Positions 39,084 to 52,600 of a DNA stretch of 64,000 nt are shown here, piece by piece; the first letter of the stretch is position 1; each line of letters starts with the position of its first letter. The position numbers were made by a program, and so were the translations under genes. The notes beneath the pieces were generated by a model. The model saw only the letters and a list, made by a program, of their open reading frames with translations. It did not search any database and had not been told where the DNA came from. This stretch comes from Lytechinus pictus (Eukaryota). Location: assembly GCF_037042905.1 (NCBI RefSeq), contig NC_087246.1:51026001-51090000 (forward strand). The letters run 5' to 3'.

Positions 39084-40893
39084 GTAAGCTGAAATAAAAA
39101 AAACTTCGAACTTCTACTTCGAATAAAGTAACTAGAGTACCCCTAACAAGCACATCCACAGACACCTGCAATCATAATTATCAATGTCCCTAATTGTAGT
39201 TGAGGAAGAAATATTAAGATTAAGAAATTTTGCCACTTATGAGACTTGGTGGATATACATTTTGACAAAGTGCTTGAAACTTAAAACCATCTTCATGGGA
39301 TAATATTTGTCTATAAAGGCCTGTTGTGCATATCCACTTGCCAAAAGCCATTATATTATATCCCTGATATTTTCACGATCTTAAAAAGTATTAGAAGGTA
39401 TTTTGATTCAGAAAGTGTCCATAAAGTATAGATAAACCATTTTAACATGTTGAAAATTATCATTTTACCAATTTCACATTATTTTCACTTCTAATACTTC
39501 GACTATATAGCTATAGTGAAAAAGAAGAAATATATAGCCATGGAATAACAATATTTCAATGTTATTTTCTTTTAACGTATATTGTCTTCTATTCCATTTC
39601 CTCTCCAGTAATTATTTTCAAGAAGCGAGTTCTGAATCAAGATAATTCATCATTGTGTTACTATATTATAGGACGACAAAATTAATTTACAACCTTTAGT
39701 TTCCCTATTCTGATACACGTATAAAAGAATAGAGGCAATCCCTTCTCTTTTTAGAGGTGGGGGTCATACCGAATATAATTTATGCTGAAGCCCGATACTG
39801 AAGGCATTCATAACATACTTGGGGCAAAGTAAGGAAAATGTCCCATTCACAATACTACGATTGGAAATAAATTTTAAAATAGCTTTGATTTCCATTATTT
39901 TAGCGGCATCATGGCCCTATTAGAAAGGAATGAAGGTTGATCTTGTGTTGTCCCACTTCAGTTTATATAGTTATCTCCCATTGATTACTAGGTCAATGAA
40001 TAACGTTTTATCGTTAAGAGAAGACCCCAAAAATATGCTGATTTTACTCAATTGAAATTAAAATAGCTTGAATCGGGACCTATTTCAATTCTGCATGTTC
40101 CAGAGGGTTTTCATCATCTTCATTAAAATGAGTTTAATCTCTAATATATCCGTCGTTATTGATTGATATCTACAGCACTAGACAGGCAACACAAGAGATC
40201 ATAACTAGACTGGTAACGCGAGAGATCTACCTTACTTGGCAACACACCCTGGAATTGAACAAGGACAAGACGTGATGCCAGGAACGCTCATGGAATAATG
40301 TATATTATGTATTCATTGTAGTTTACTATATAAAAGTACTGTTCGTCACGAATATATTATGTTTTGTCCATCCACAATAAATATTCACTACGAGGTAAAT
40401 GATATGACTTTGTGAGAAAAGAAAGGGGAGACGGACAAGGGCAATCCCTCTCTATATATTTTTTTTGGGGGGCGGGGGAGTGGGACAGTCTTGGGGATAG
40501 TACTTACTTGTATCTCTGTATATAAATCGTTATTTTTCTATCATTACATGCTGACAAAGTTAGCGCTAAAGATATAAGGTGAAGAACAAGTATTAAGGCA
40601 TACAATATTCCGTTGATAATCTGAACCTGTATGTGATATTGATGATACATTGTACAATTTGGAGGCCCATCACTTTCTATCTCTGTACGTCGAGTTTCCG
40701 GTCATTTTTATCTTACTATTTAACATTGAACTATATAGAAATGTGTTCCGTGGCCGGGCAAACATGTTTTTTATGTAAAAATTTACGCCCACAAAAAGGT
40801 ATGTTAAGGTGATCTAAAACCAGAGTCAAGTTGGAAATGACAGACCTAGCACCACTGGCGGATCCAGGGCCGGTCCGTGGCCCCCTTTTGAGA

Positions 40894-40931
<38 letters not shown>

Positions 40932-42280
40932 GGGGGGGGGGGCTTATCAAATTTTCATCGGAAAATGTGCCCCCCTTTTTTTCCAACAAGCATACCAAGG
41001 CAAGGGAGTAATACAACCAATCAGGGGATGGCCCCCCCCCTTTCAAAAGTAAGGTGATTTTTTTTCCTGCACACTAAAAAACAAACTAAGGTTAGGTGGG
41101 TGGAGGTATGTGGCATGAATAAGCGAGGGACCTGTCACCTTACCGCCCAAAACGGAATCAGAAATTCAATTTTATCAAACAGAACGTATAAGACGATGCA
41201 CCTCACGATTGGTCTGGGACCCGGTTTGGAATAAAACGTAATTTGATGCTTATATTGAGACATGGAATATCTTCCTGTGTAACGTTCTAAATCACCATAC
41301 CTGTCATACGAATACCAATCTGTGCCTATGCTTCCATCCTTATAAGAATAAAAACGAATTTAATATCCAGTCGTCATAGCAATCGTACGATTGGCTAGGG
41401 CCTACGATTGAAAACAAATTCGGCCTTTACTCCAAAATAAAGGCTTGCAATCATCCAAAATTGCTATATGAGTATTCTTTCAGTTAATTTGAACTTTAAA
41501 TTGAAAAAGATACTTTTCATTTACATTTTCAGTAAATGAGCAAAGTGCGATTTGTTCTAAACTCGGATCGTGGACCAGTCGCAAGTTTAAAGGGACGACA
41601 TCAACACAGGTTGGAATGGAATCCGCCCCCCCCCCCCCGAAATCTTGAAAAACTTACTTTTTAATTACAAAATACTTGCATAAAATGCAAATGTGAATAA
41701 ATAGTATTGGGGCTAAAATCCGCGAACAGACCCACTTCATTATCAATTTTTCATGCATGTATGTACTTCTTTATCTTGTAATTCAGTTGTTATATTGTTT
41801 CACATATGCAAAATTGATTAACATAATCGCGTGTTCTTGATCAGGTTAAAAAATAGGAAGAGATGGTTTTGAGAAGTTCCTCATTAAACCACATCACGTG
41901 ACTCACAAGCAATATAGGAAAACCTTTTTATGTGACACGCATGATATCTTGTAATTCAAGAACCTAAATCCAATTGTTACGAATTATGTGGAAAAAAAAG
42001 TCATGGAATGTTGATTTTTTTTTTAAAGCATTGCAAGGATATCACAAGAGTACCGTTTCAGCTACCGTCAAATCTTTCCAGGCCGGAATAAAGCAATAAT
42101 AAAATAGCAATCTCAAATATGAGCCAAATTGCTATTTTTTCCCCCTGATGATGCTGATCACTAGAAATGAGGAGAAAGACTGGGTATAAAGAAGTATTTT
42201 CTTCTTTATTAGTTTAATAATTATCATATCCAGGGAACAAAATTGATATGGTAGTCATAGCTGCTTTTGTTGTTTCTGTG

Positions 42281-42359
<79 letters not shown>

Positions 42360-42391
42360 TGGTAGTGGTAGTGGTAGTGGTAGTGGTAGTG

Positions 42392-42466
<75 letters not shown>

Positions 42467-42470
42467 ATAG
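42281..42470. repeat. (GTA)n / (GTAGTG)n microsatellite
   Basis: Directly visible trinucleotide array; explains the poly-Val ORF. Confidence 0.95.
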
Positions 42471-42814
42471 AAGTAGTGGTAGTGATGGTATCAGTAGTCC
42501 AATAATGATCCAGGGGAAAAAATAATTAATGCAACATTATCTTGAGAATTATATGTTTATATATGATTATAATGTTTATGTATTGTGCGTTTGTGACCGA
42601 CCTTCCATGCGTTCAGAATAGAATCATAAACCTGGTAGATATGTCAACATGTATTATATACTTTATCTTGGATACAATTAAGACACGATTTCAATCAGTC
42701 CTGGCCGTTTCTTGCCAACGACTCTGCTCTGCTGAGAAGTTCTTGAAAATCAACTTCTCACAATGGATAATAACAGAATGATCAAGACTATAATGCAATT
42801 TTGAATTTCTTTAA

Positions 42815-43414
42815 AGGAGATTCTCCAGGCTGAATATATTTATATCTCAATAAAAAGAGTAAAATTCACGGAGCAAAATACTGAAAACGTTATCAAAATC
42901 GGATAACAGATAACGAAGCTATTGAATTTTCAAGTGTAGTAATATTTTTTTAAACAGTTCTATGCACGTCGTCATGAATATTCATTAGGTGGGCTGATGA
43001 TGTCACATCCCCACATTCCTTTTCTTATACTGTTTCATGAAATCACAATTGTTTCATTTTTTCATACATAAGTAAATGATGTGTCTCCATTATGATGAAA
43101 TAAAATTCATAAATGAATAACGCACTTAATCAGTTGTCAATCCAATTGTTTTAGTTCTTGGTAGAAAATTTTTGAATGAACCTGATTTCATATAATAAAA
43201 TACAAAAGAACAAGCGGGGATATGACTTCGTCAGCCCACCTAATGAATATTCATGAAGACATACCTCGAACTGTTTCACCGGAAAAAATGCAACTTTTTA
43301 AAATTCAATAACTTCGTTATTTGTTATCCGATTTTGATCAAATATTTAGCATTTTCCTCTGTGAATTGTACTCTATTTATTGTAATATAATTATCTTCAG
43401 CCTGGAGCATCCCT
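42815..43414. mobile_element. Kolobok/T2-type MITE (family A)
   Basis: TTAA|AGGAGATTCTCCAGGCTG...CAGCCTGGAGCATCCCT|TTAA; body homologous to the 26222 and 44393 copies. Confidence 0.85.
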
Positions 43415-44392
43415 TTAATTCCATAACATTATATAATGAAATCATATATTTTGTCATTTTAACAATGTAAATTCTGTACATATTAAAATATATCTTTCTG
43501 ATGACTTTTTTACCTTTGCCTTCTTTGACAGAGAAAGGGTGAAATAGCAAGAGAGAGACACAGAGAGGGGACGGGGGTAAAGGGAGGGGAAAAGGGGGGG
43601 GGGGGGGGTAGATGAAGGGGGCTGCAATTTAGAGCCCCAAAATATTACAAGAAAAAAATAATTGTTGGCATCTTTGCTAAAATGCAGTCAATTCCACCTG
43701 AGAACAATTCATCTATGTATCTATCTTTTGTCACATTTTATCATTGTAGTCTTGAGAACAAAGCACAGGTCCGTGTTATGAACGGGGTAGGGGTATGACG
43801 ACTGTGCCAACCAAATATTTTGTCAGAAAAGTTTTCTTCAAAATCCATTCCCTCCCCTAGCCAGTGCCCTCTTGTATAAAGCTAACCAGAGAAAAAAAAA
43901 CGAAAAAAAAACTAACCAGAGAAAACTATATTTATTTCACCCGAGTTATAAACAGAGGTTTTTCATGTGCTAAAATCAATGATAGAATTGTGCCAACACA
44001 ATTTTTTTTAGCTGATTTGTGTTTATTTAATGCTAAACAGTTCTGTACAATAAACCCAAGAAGATAATCCACAAAAATGGCCATGCTACCTTTCACTTTT
44101 AAAGCAGGAATTCAGAGATTTTGACATTTTAAAATAACTCAAAATGCTTCATTGTCTCACAAATCAAATCAACATACATGTCTTACTGAAGAAACGCAAG
44201 AAAAGACAAAGTATGACAACAAACTATATCTGGTATTTGTGCAATATGTATTTAAGATCAATCAGATCACATATGTCAATTAATATAACTAGTAAATCAT
44301 TATTCATCATTTGTTTACAAACTTGCATTCTTTCGTGTATTTGATACAATGAATCCATCTAAAAGATACCATACGGTTTATTGAAAGCTTAA

Positions 44393-44997
44393 AGGGATGG
44401 TCCGGTCTGAAAATATATATATTTATATCTAAATAAATAGAGTAAAATTCACAGAGCAAAATGCTGAAAGTTCCATCAAAATCGGATAACAAATAACGAA
44501 GTTATTGAATTTTAAAGTTTATGAATATTTTTGTGGAAAACAGTTATATGCACATCGCCATGAATATTCATTAGGTGGGCTGATGATGTCACATCTCCAC
44601 TTCTTTTTTTTAAATGTTATTACATGAAATCATAAATGTTTCATTTTTTCATACATGTGTAAATGATGTGTCTCCATATGATGAAATAAGTTGCGGCAAT
44701 AAATAACTAATGCACTTAATCAGTTTTCAATCCAATTGTTTTAGTTCTTGGTAGAAAAATTTTGAATAAACCTAATTTCATATAATAAAATACAAAACAA
44801 GTGGGGATATGACATCAGCCCATCTAATGATTATTCATGATGACATGCCTAGAACTGTTTCACCGGAATAATGCACATCTTTAAAATTCAATAACTTCGT
44901 TATTTGTTATCTGATTTTGATGAAATTTTCAGCATTTTGCTCTGTGAATTTTACTCCATTTATTGAGATAGAAATATCTCCAGCCTGGTCCATCCCT
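44393..44997. mobile_element. Kolobok/T2-type MITE (family A)
   Basis: TTAA|AGGGATGGTCC...GGTCCATCCCT|TTAA. Confidence 0.85.
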
Positions 44998-47900
44998 TTA
45001 ATGTAAGCTTATCATTGATCCCCTAGATCCCATGCAGTACAAATTTTGATCAATGGTAATTACATTGATACTACCTTTAATTAGTCCATTTTTATAATAA
45101 TAATGTCATATTTTACCAAGGGTAGCCATTCAAGTTTCAAAGCTGTTCTCCCAGCGGGCCCTGGTTAACTTGAAAAAAGATTGACGACACGAGCGTCTGA
45201 GTTTATATGGACAAAAAAAAATTGATGTTCAAATTCTTTCTGCTTCAGATGAGTAGATGTTCCATGAACTCAGATAAGTGCAATTCATAACATGAAATCA
45301 AGGTGGTATTCAAATCTTGAGAAACCACTGCCATTGTGATCAAGTTTTGATTAATGCATACCGCCCTCTATTGCTAACAATGATCTTAGATATCAAATCA
45401 CGGAAATAAAAGAATATCCCGTGTACCAAATATGCATCACCAAGTGCATGATGGGATTGAAATGTTTATGATAACAAAACGAATCCCTGAAAATCACGGA
45501 AGGTAGAAATGGCAGTGAAATCACCTGCTTCCAAATTTTACAACCAAAACAACACAGCAGTACCTACTTTTTAAAGAGGATATATATTTTGTCAAAAATT
45601 GAGGATTATCCCCCCCTTTTTCAAGGTTTGTAACAGCCTGCAAGTGTAGGGAATCCTACTTTTTTTTTAAAGCACACCTTAGAAAATAAAGAGAATGTTC
45701 TCCATCATTATCTATCAAATAGTACTTCATGATTTCCAACGTACTCGAAATTGAACATCTAGAGCAGCTAATGCTGCCATGATAAGGACGGACCAACAAA
45801 TAGCATAAAACAAATATGTCATCTGTTCAACATTTTTAAAGACCAATGACTTCATTGTCCAAAATTTTCAAAAATATGCTTAGGATTCATTGCTCAATTC
45901 ATCGAATTACTTGATGTGTTTGTTTCTCTGATCATATGTAGACGTAAGAAGAAGGTTTGTGTATACTCAAACCCAATTCTACACTTTCAAATATTAATTA
46001 AGGCATCATAATTGACTACCCATCTCCCCTGCACAGCATACACACTACTCATGCAATAGCAAGAAAGAGACATTTGATTTACCTTCTATATTTACATGAT
46101 AAATATTTAGAGTACAGCTCTGTATATATCCTCCTCCATATACCCTGTGCGCTCCTTCACAACACTGCACAATTAATTATTTATCGCAATCTTTATATAC
46201 AATTACTTCATTTACATCAGTTAAACCTAGTTTAAATTATTTGTCTTACCACTACTTTCTTTGATAAAATAAAAAAAGAGAAAAAAAGCAAGAATTTGAC
46301 ATTTGAAACTCAAATCCAACTGAAAGTTAACTGACAATAATGGTTATCACGAAAATTTATGCTGCATCTTACTTCATAACTTATACAGGATAAGAATGCC
46401 AATGACCTAAATCATCATTTAAAATATAAAAAATAGAATGAAGTGTGATGTCGTAAAACAAACTAAGATTTCGCATTTTATTGTTTTTATTATCATGTCA
46501 GCAGAACATGATGAAAATATCCAAAGCCCATATTTGCCAGAAATTGGTTCTCCGGGACATTTAGAGCCAGGCTAATACATTGACTTAAATTTGGCTTATT
46601 AGGTATTCATTCATGTGGTCATATCTTGGCCCCTATTGAACTGATTCCTACCAAATTTGAGCTCAGCTGTGGGCATTTTCCAACATGCTCCTCTAAAATA
46701 TGAAGTAAAACTGATAAAATGCCACCCCCCCCCTAAAAAAAATGGACGCAGTCACGTTGGTACTACATATCTTTATTCACTGTGTAATATACAGTGATTC
46801 TACAAGTCACTTTTACAATGAACATTTAAGAACTGTGTCACAAGTTTTCTATTTCAGCTATTTTCAGTCCAGAAACAAACATTGTATAAACATGTTTTGT
46901 GCTTTTTTAATGAATGCGCGATGCTTAGTATACACGAGGGTGGATAGATTAAGCAAGACTCTTGACAGCATAGTAAAAGTAATGCTTTGAACAAGAGGAA
47001 ATCAAGTTCACATGATAAAGCAAAAGAAGAAAAAAGAAAATCAACTTAAATTTAAAACTTGAAGATAAAATAGCTCAGTTGATGGAGTAGGGCCTCGTAA
47101 GAGAAGACCCTCTTGGTAAGGCATCAACCCTCATTTTTCGGTCCATCGGAGAAGACTTCAAAACATCAGTCCTCTTGTTGTTTTTAACAACTATAAACAT
47201 CAACCATCCTCAACCAAATCTGAATAATCACCTTGAGGGAAGTGGGACAAATATAAATAAGGACTCTTAAAAATACCTGGTTAAAAATTAAGTACAAGTT
47301 CTACAACAAAAACATAACTTTTTTAAGTAAAGGAGAGTGCAGCTGCAGAAAAAGCACAAGTCTTTCAAAGAGTCAGCCAAAAACTAAATAAATAAAACTA
47401 ATCTAAAACTTAAAAGGACAAAAGAAACACCTAACAGTCAAAACAAATGCACTGAGCTTTCTGCAATTCAAAATGCATTAAAGAGCTAAATATTGTCACA
47501 AGATATACTCAAGATATATGTACTCAAAATCTTTCTTGAAAAGAAGTTATTTCAGAATCAAACATACGAGTTTATAAAAGTAATGATAATAATTGTTAAC
47601 TCACACATATCAAATGAATGTCAGAACATGTCTTTTGCAGCAACAAAGGTCAAAATTCTTTTAAAAAGGTGCATGCATGGGGCTTAGATGCATTTAGATG
47701 CATCATGCATCTAATCTCAAATACAAAGAAATTACTTTGCAAGGAATCAGTCTGTTCCTCTTTCACTTTTTATCTTTTACAAAATTTTCACTCAGCTATC
47801 CATTAAAGTCTGTATACATTTTCATCCTACGGTTACTTTGAAATTAATTTTTCACACCAGAAAGCCTAGTACAGAAAAAAAATGCATATTCATCTCATTA

Positions 47901-48656
47901 TTATGTACAAAATTATGAATGTACATTAAAAATCAACATTTTTATTCCACAATAATTCAATTTTTCTTACCATAATAAAGTCTCTCATACTATTGATCAT
48001 ATATCTCTCTCAAACCTCTCTTTCTCTCTCTCTCACTTACCTCTTAATCTTTCTGTCTATCTATTGTCTATCTATCTATCTATCTATTTACCTATCTTTC
48101 TTTCTATCTCTATTCTATCCATTCCTCCCTCTCTTTTTCATCCCCAACTCTGTCTCTCTCTCTTCATTCTTCTCCTACATCATTCTTTATCATCACTGAC
48201 CAATATTTCTTAAAAGAATAATTACAAATGTGTAAATAAATCTTATTACCACCAGTCATTGACTTACAAGGCCATTATAAATTGGAAGCACGGCTTTAAC
48301 AGCAATAGTCATTACCTAAATTACACAATTTAGGGACAAACAAGTTTAAAAAAATCATACGAGCCTCACGGGGCTCATATGAGGCTTGTGATTTCTCTGA
48401 ACTTCTTCAAAATACTTTAAATTGAACTGCAGCACAAGATAAAAGGTTGCACCGTTGCAATGCACAACTGCCATGTACGCCTTCCTCAATAGCACACAAA
48501 CAAATGGAGGATATCAATTTGTGAGTCAGTGAGAAGTCTGAATGTAATGTTTTTTCACAGTTCAAAAAAAACCCAATAGATTTTAGTGTGATAAGTTTCA
48601 GCGAGTCGTTCTGACAATCAGCAGGGCTTTACAGCAGATCTGGCTATGTCAGCAGA

Positions 48657-48799
48657 GGCCCGTTGCAGAAAGAGTTGCTATCAATCGCAACTCTAAAAAT
48701 CATGCGCAACTTGATTTTCAACCAATCAACAGCGCGCATTTGGGACTTGCGATTGATTTTTTGACTTGCGTTTAAACGCAACTCATTCTGCAACGGGCC
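48657..48799. mobile_element. Short palindromic MITE (Harbinger-like ends)
   Basis: GGCCCGTTGCAGAAAGAGTTGC ... GCAACTCATTCTGCAACGGGCC. Confidence 0.65.
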
Positions 48800-48839
48800 C
48801 CTGGTCATGTAAAACATTTATCCTCTCGCTAATAAAGAG

Positions 48840-49050
48840 GAGGCACGATAGCTCAGTCAGTCAGTAGAGCGGAGGTTTCTGATTACGCGGTGACCTGGGT
48901 TCGATTCCCACTTGGTGCGCTAGTGCCCATTGGTAAGGCAGTAAAATCCTCATACCAGGTCCCTCGGACGGGACCTTAAGATGTTGGTCCTCTGGTTGCT
49001 TGCTTACAAGCATTCATGCTTTCTTTATAGCAATCAGGTTTAACAAAATC
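48840..49050 (+). mobile_element. tRNA-derived SINE
   Basis: A box TAGCTCAG, B box GGGTTCGATTCCC, then GGTAAGGCA...CCTCGGACGGGACCTTAAG...GGTCCTC; a degenerate relative lies at about 47070-47190. Confidence 0.7.
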
Positions 49051-49466
49051 ACCACCATAAACCTTGACATAATTCCATTGGCTTAGAGAGAGCAGGTGTC
49101 CTTCCACGTGGATGCAGTTGGATGCGGGTCTTAAAAGTCTTTAAGTACCCATTACAGATTCAGAGAATGCCTTATGAAAATATTTTAGACCTTTTCGTTT
49201 TAATCTTTGAAGCCCTGGGGCCAGTAAAGGGTACACCTGAGGTACCTGGTGAATTTGCTGCTCTGAAATTAACGTCTGCTGATTGGACTGTTCATGCAGG
49301 AAGAGTCCAGTTTCATCAAAACACAAACCCAGCATGGTTTCCTAAGCTGTGGCTTTGGATAAAGAGTGTATGAGCAATGCATACGCCAGCATTAATACAT
49401 ATTAATTGAAATAATATGGGACTAACTTACAGTCTTGTTGCAAGAAACAAAATATTCTCTCCATTA

Positions 49467-49659
49467 ATACATGATATGGGACCACATATTCATCATTACT
49501 TTGCATTCTGTTGCCTACACCTAAATACATGATATGGGACCATACCTTGATCATGACTTGGCATTCTGTTGCCAACATATAAATACATTATATGGGACCA
49601 CATGTTCATCCGGACTTGGCATTCTGTTGCCAACATGTAAATGCATGACATGGGACCAC
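49467..49659. repeat. 58-bp tandem repeat (about 3.3 copies) in the SLC7 3' UTR
   Basis: Units start at 49467, 49525, 49583 and 49641 (ATACATGATATGGGACCA...TTGGCATTCTGTTGCCAAC). Confidence 0.9.
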
Positions 49660-49685
49660 TGTCCAGCTGCTGTCTTGAAACAGTC

Positions 49686-52600
49686 TCATTCTGATTTTGT
49701 TTGCGGCTCCGGACTAACAACCAGTAACAACTTCTGGAGAAATAACGTTGTCTTGTCGATGGCATTCTGGAACGCGGGTGGTTTGTTCTTCCACCAGACT
49801 CCTATCAAGTAGACTGGTATCCCGGATGCTGCAGCAACGATTCCTAGACCACAATCCCTCGGGGATGCATACAAAGCCATCCCAAGAACAAAGAGTACTC
49901 CAAGCATGTAAATGATTGGTACAACAATGGGAACCTGAAAAAGATAGTAAATGGCATGATGATAGTAAATGATAGTAAATGGAGAATCTACATACTATCA
50001 CTTTTTGTTAATCAGTTTATCTCCAGTTACTTTCAGAAGTGGCAACAATCACAAAATTCAAACATAATTGAACACAAGGTGGTTCGCGAACCACGAGTCT
50101 CGCCTAATATCGCGATCGATAAAATATGCAATATGATCTTTTGACCTATCATCCTCATGGACACACGTGTGGTATAACCAATGTTATTTGTACCACGTGT
50201 AAACACAAATGATGCAAAAATAAAGAAATGAGAGCAATTTTAACAAAAACTTATAGGTCAAGTCCACCCCATAAAAATGATGATTTGAATAAATAGAGAA
50301 AAATCAAACTTGCATAACGCTGAAAATTTTATCAAAATCGGATGTAAAATATGAAAGTTTATGACAATTTAAAGTTTCTCTATTTTTCCACCAAACAGTG
50401 ATATGCACAACAGTGACATGCAAATGAGACAGCTGATGATGTCCCTCATTCACTATTTCTTTTGTTCTATATTGTTTGAATTATACAATATTTCATTTTT
50501 TACAGATATGACAACAAGGACCAACTTGACTGAACCATATAATATTAAACAATATTAATTCCACATGTTCAGGGAGGAATTAATTGTTGTTTCACTTGAC
50601 AATGAGGAGAAAATAGGAATATTTCATATCTCATATAATAAAATACAAAAGAAATAGTGAGTGGATGACATCATCAGTCTCCTCATTTGCATACCGACCA
50701 GGATGTGCATATAACTGTTTTGTGAAATTTAACTTTCTTATTTTACATCCGATTTTGATGAAATTTTCAGTGTTATGCTTGTTTAATTTTTCTCTTTTTA
50801 TTCAAATCAACTTTTTGTTGGGGTAGACTTGTCCTTAAACATTTTGGAACAGACTAACGGATGGACAGACATTTTCCAATCAGATGCCGGGATCATGCCC
50901 GTATTTCACTTGCAAAGTTGGATTTGAGATCCTCTTGTTTTGCTTATGTGTAAAGTCTATGGGAAGTGTGTAGCTCAATGGGTAAGGCATGAGACTTGCG
51001 TCCTTAGGGTCCAGGGTTCGAGCCCAGGGGGCAGGGGTGAACATGAGAATTGTTTTTTTCTTTTTTTTCCCTTTTCAACATTTCACAAACGGTCCTTTAT
51101 GACCATTACAATGTTTGTAAAATAAAACATTGGACAATAAGAGATTAAAATCCCTTTTAATGTACAATTTTCCTGTACAATATGTATATGACCTACACTT
51201 TTTCAATTCCCTCTTTTTCAAGAGTATTCAACAAGTTCTTTTCTTAAGAGAAGTTCAGTTTTCATCATGATGATCATGTTGATCTCCATAAACATGCTGA
51301 TTGTCTTCCTGATCATGAAATCAGAGACAGATCACCTAATTCGTCCTCAAGACGAATTAAAATTCTAGTTATTCCTGGTTTTGGTTTCCCTAACTTAGCC
51401 ACTAGATATTAACCATCTATTCCTGTATATGAAGATATTGAGAGAAAATCATCAAGTTAAAATTAAGGTTAATTGGTTTCATTTCATGTCTGATCATCAT
51501 ATCGGATATAATATACCAATTAACCTTGATTTTAATGTCTCTCTCAGAATTATTGCTGGCAATGATGACAATCACTTGAGTTTGGCATTAAAGCACAACA
51601 AAATTCTAGGATTAATAGTATCGGGAGACACTGTTTAACCTTGGCTTGGATTTGAACCTAAATTACTTGGAACAAGAGCAAACCATTCTACCACCATACT
51701 TTCATACAATGACAAGTGGAGATCGGCATTACCTTGAAAGGCCGTGGCAGGTCCGGATGTTTCCATCGGTAGTAGGGGATGATGGCTACAGCCAGGAAGT
51801 TCATGATCCACTCGATGAAAGCCACAAAGTTGAGGAGGAGGAATATGTCATTGTTCAACACCATCAAGATGGCGATTGGTAGCTGGACAGATTTAAAACA
51901 AAACAAATGTGAGAAATTTTGGGAGATTTAACTAAAAAAAGAACTATGAAGGATCTAATATGCACTTGCTTCGAATTTTAGGGAAGGGGAACTAAAATAA
52001 GGATGTATTATACACTTGTTTGGAATTTAAAGGAGAAGAATTAATATGCTTTTGTTGAAATACAGTACAAATTCAATTATCGAAATGCAGATACACAGTA
52101 TTGGACACAAAAAGAATCCCAGCAATGGCGTGTTTTCCTTCAGCAAGAAATTTACCCACATTTTGCTGCACTTGACCCAGGTGGGGTGAATGGGTTCCTG
52201 GTAGGATTTATTCCTTGAATGTTTTAGTGCCTATATGGTGGCTCAGCTACAGCCAGGGTAATAATATGATACCAAGTATCAAGTGCAGTAGAGTATATGC
52301 AATTATAGTAGCTGTGCTATACAAATGGAACATATTATTAACATGGAAATAATGAGTACAGTGATTTAGCTCCTGAGTATTGCAATTTTTGTAAATGAAA
52401 AATATTACAATGAAAATTATAATGAAAATTAATGATCAATAACATACACGCCAGACTTTTTTTCCGAGGGCTGTAAATGCTAACACATTCTGCTGATGAG
52501 TATATTCGTTGGATGGACTTTTGGTGACACAGCATTTGCTCCTGCGACAATTGCTCCGGGCTTAATTTCGTCAAAGTTGTAGGGTTAGTGTAAGGGTTGC

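Noticed and set aside
42248-42505. Poly-valine ORF
   Set aside because: Translation of a (GTA)n microsatellite.
50961-51037. Functional tRNA-Ala(TGC) gene
   Set aside because: The acceptor stem does not pair and the anticodon stem is mismatched; treated as a relic.
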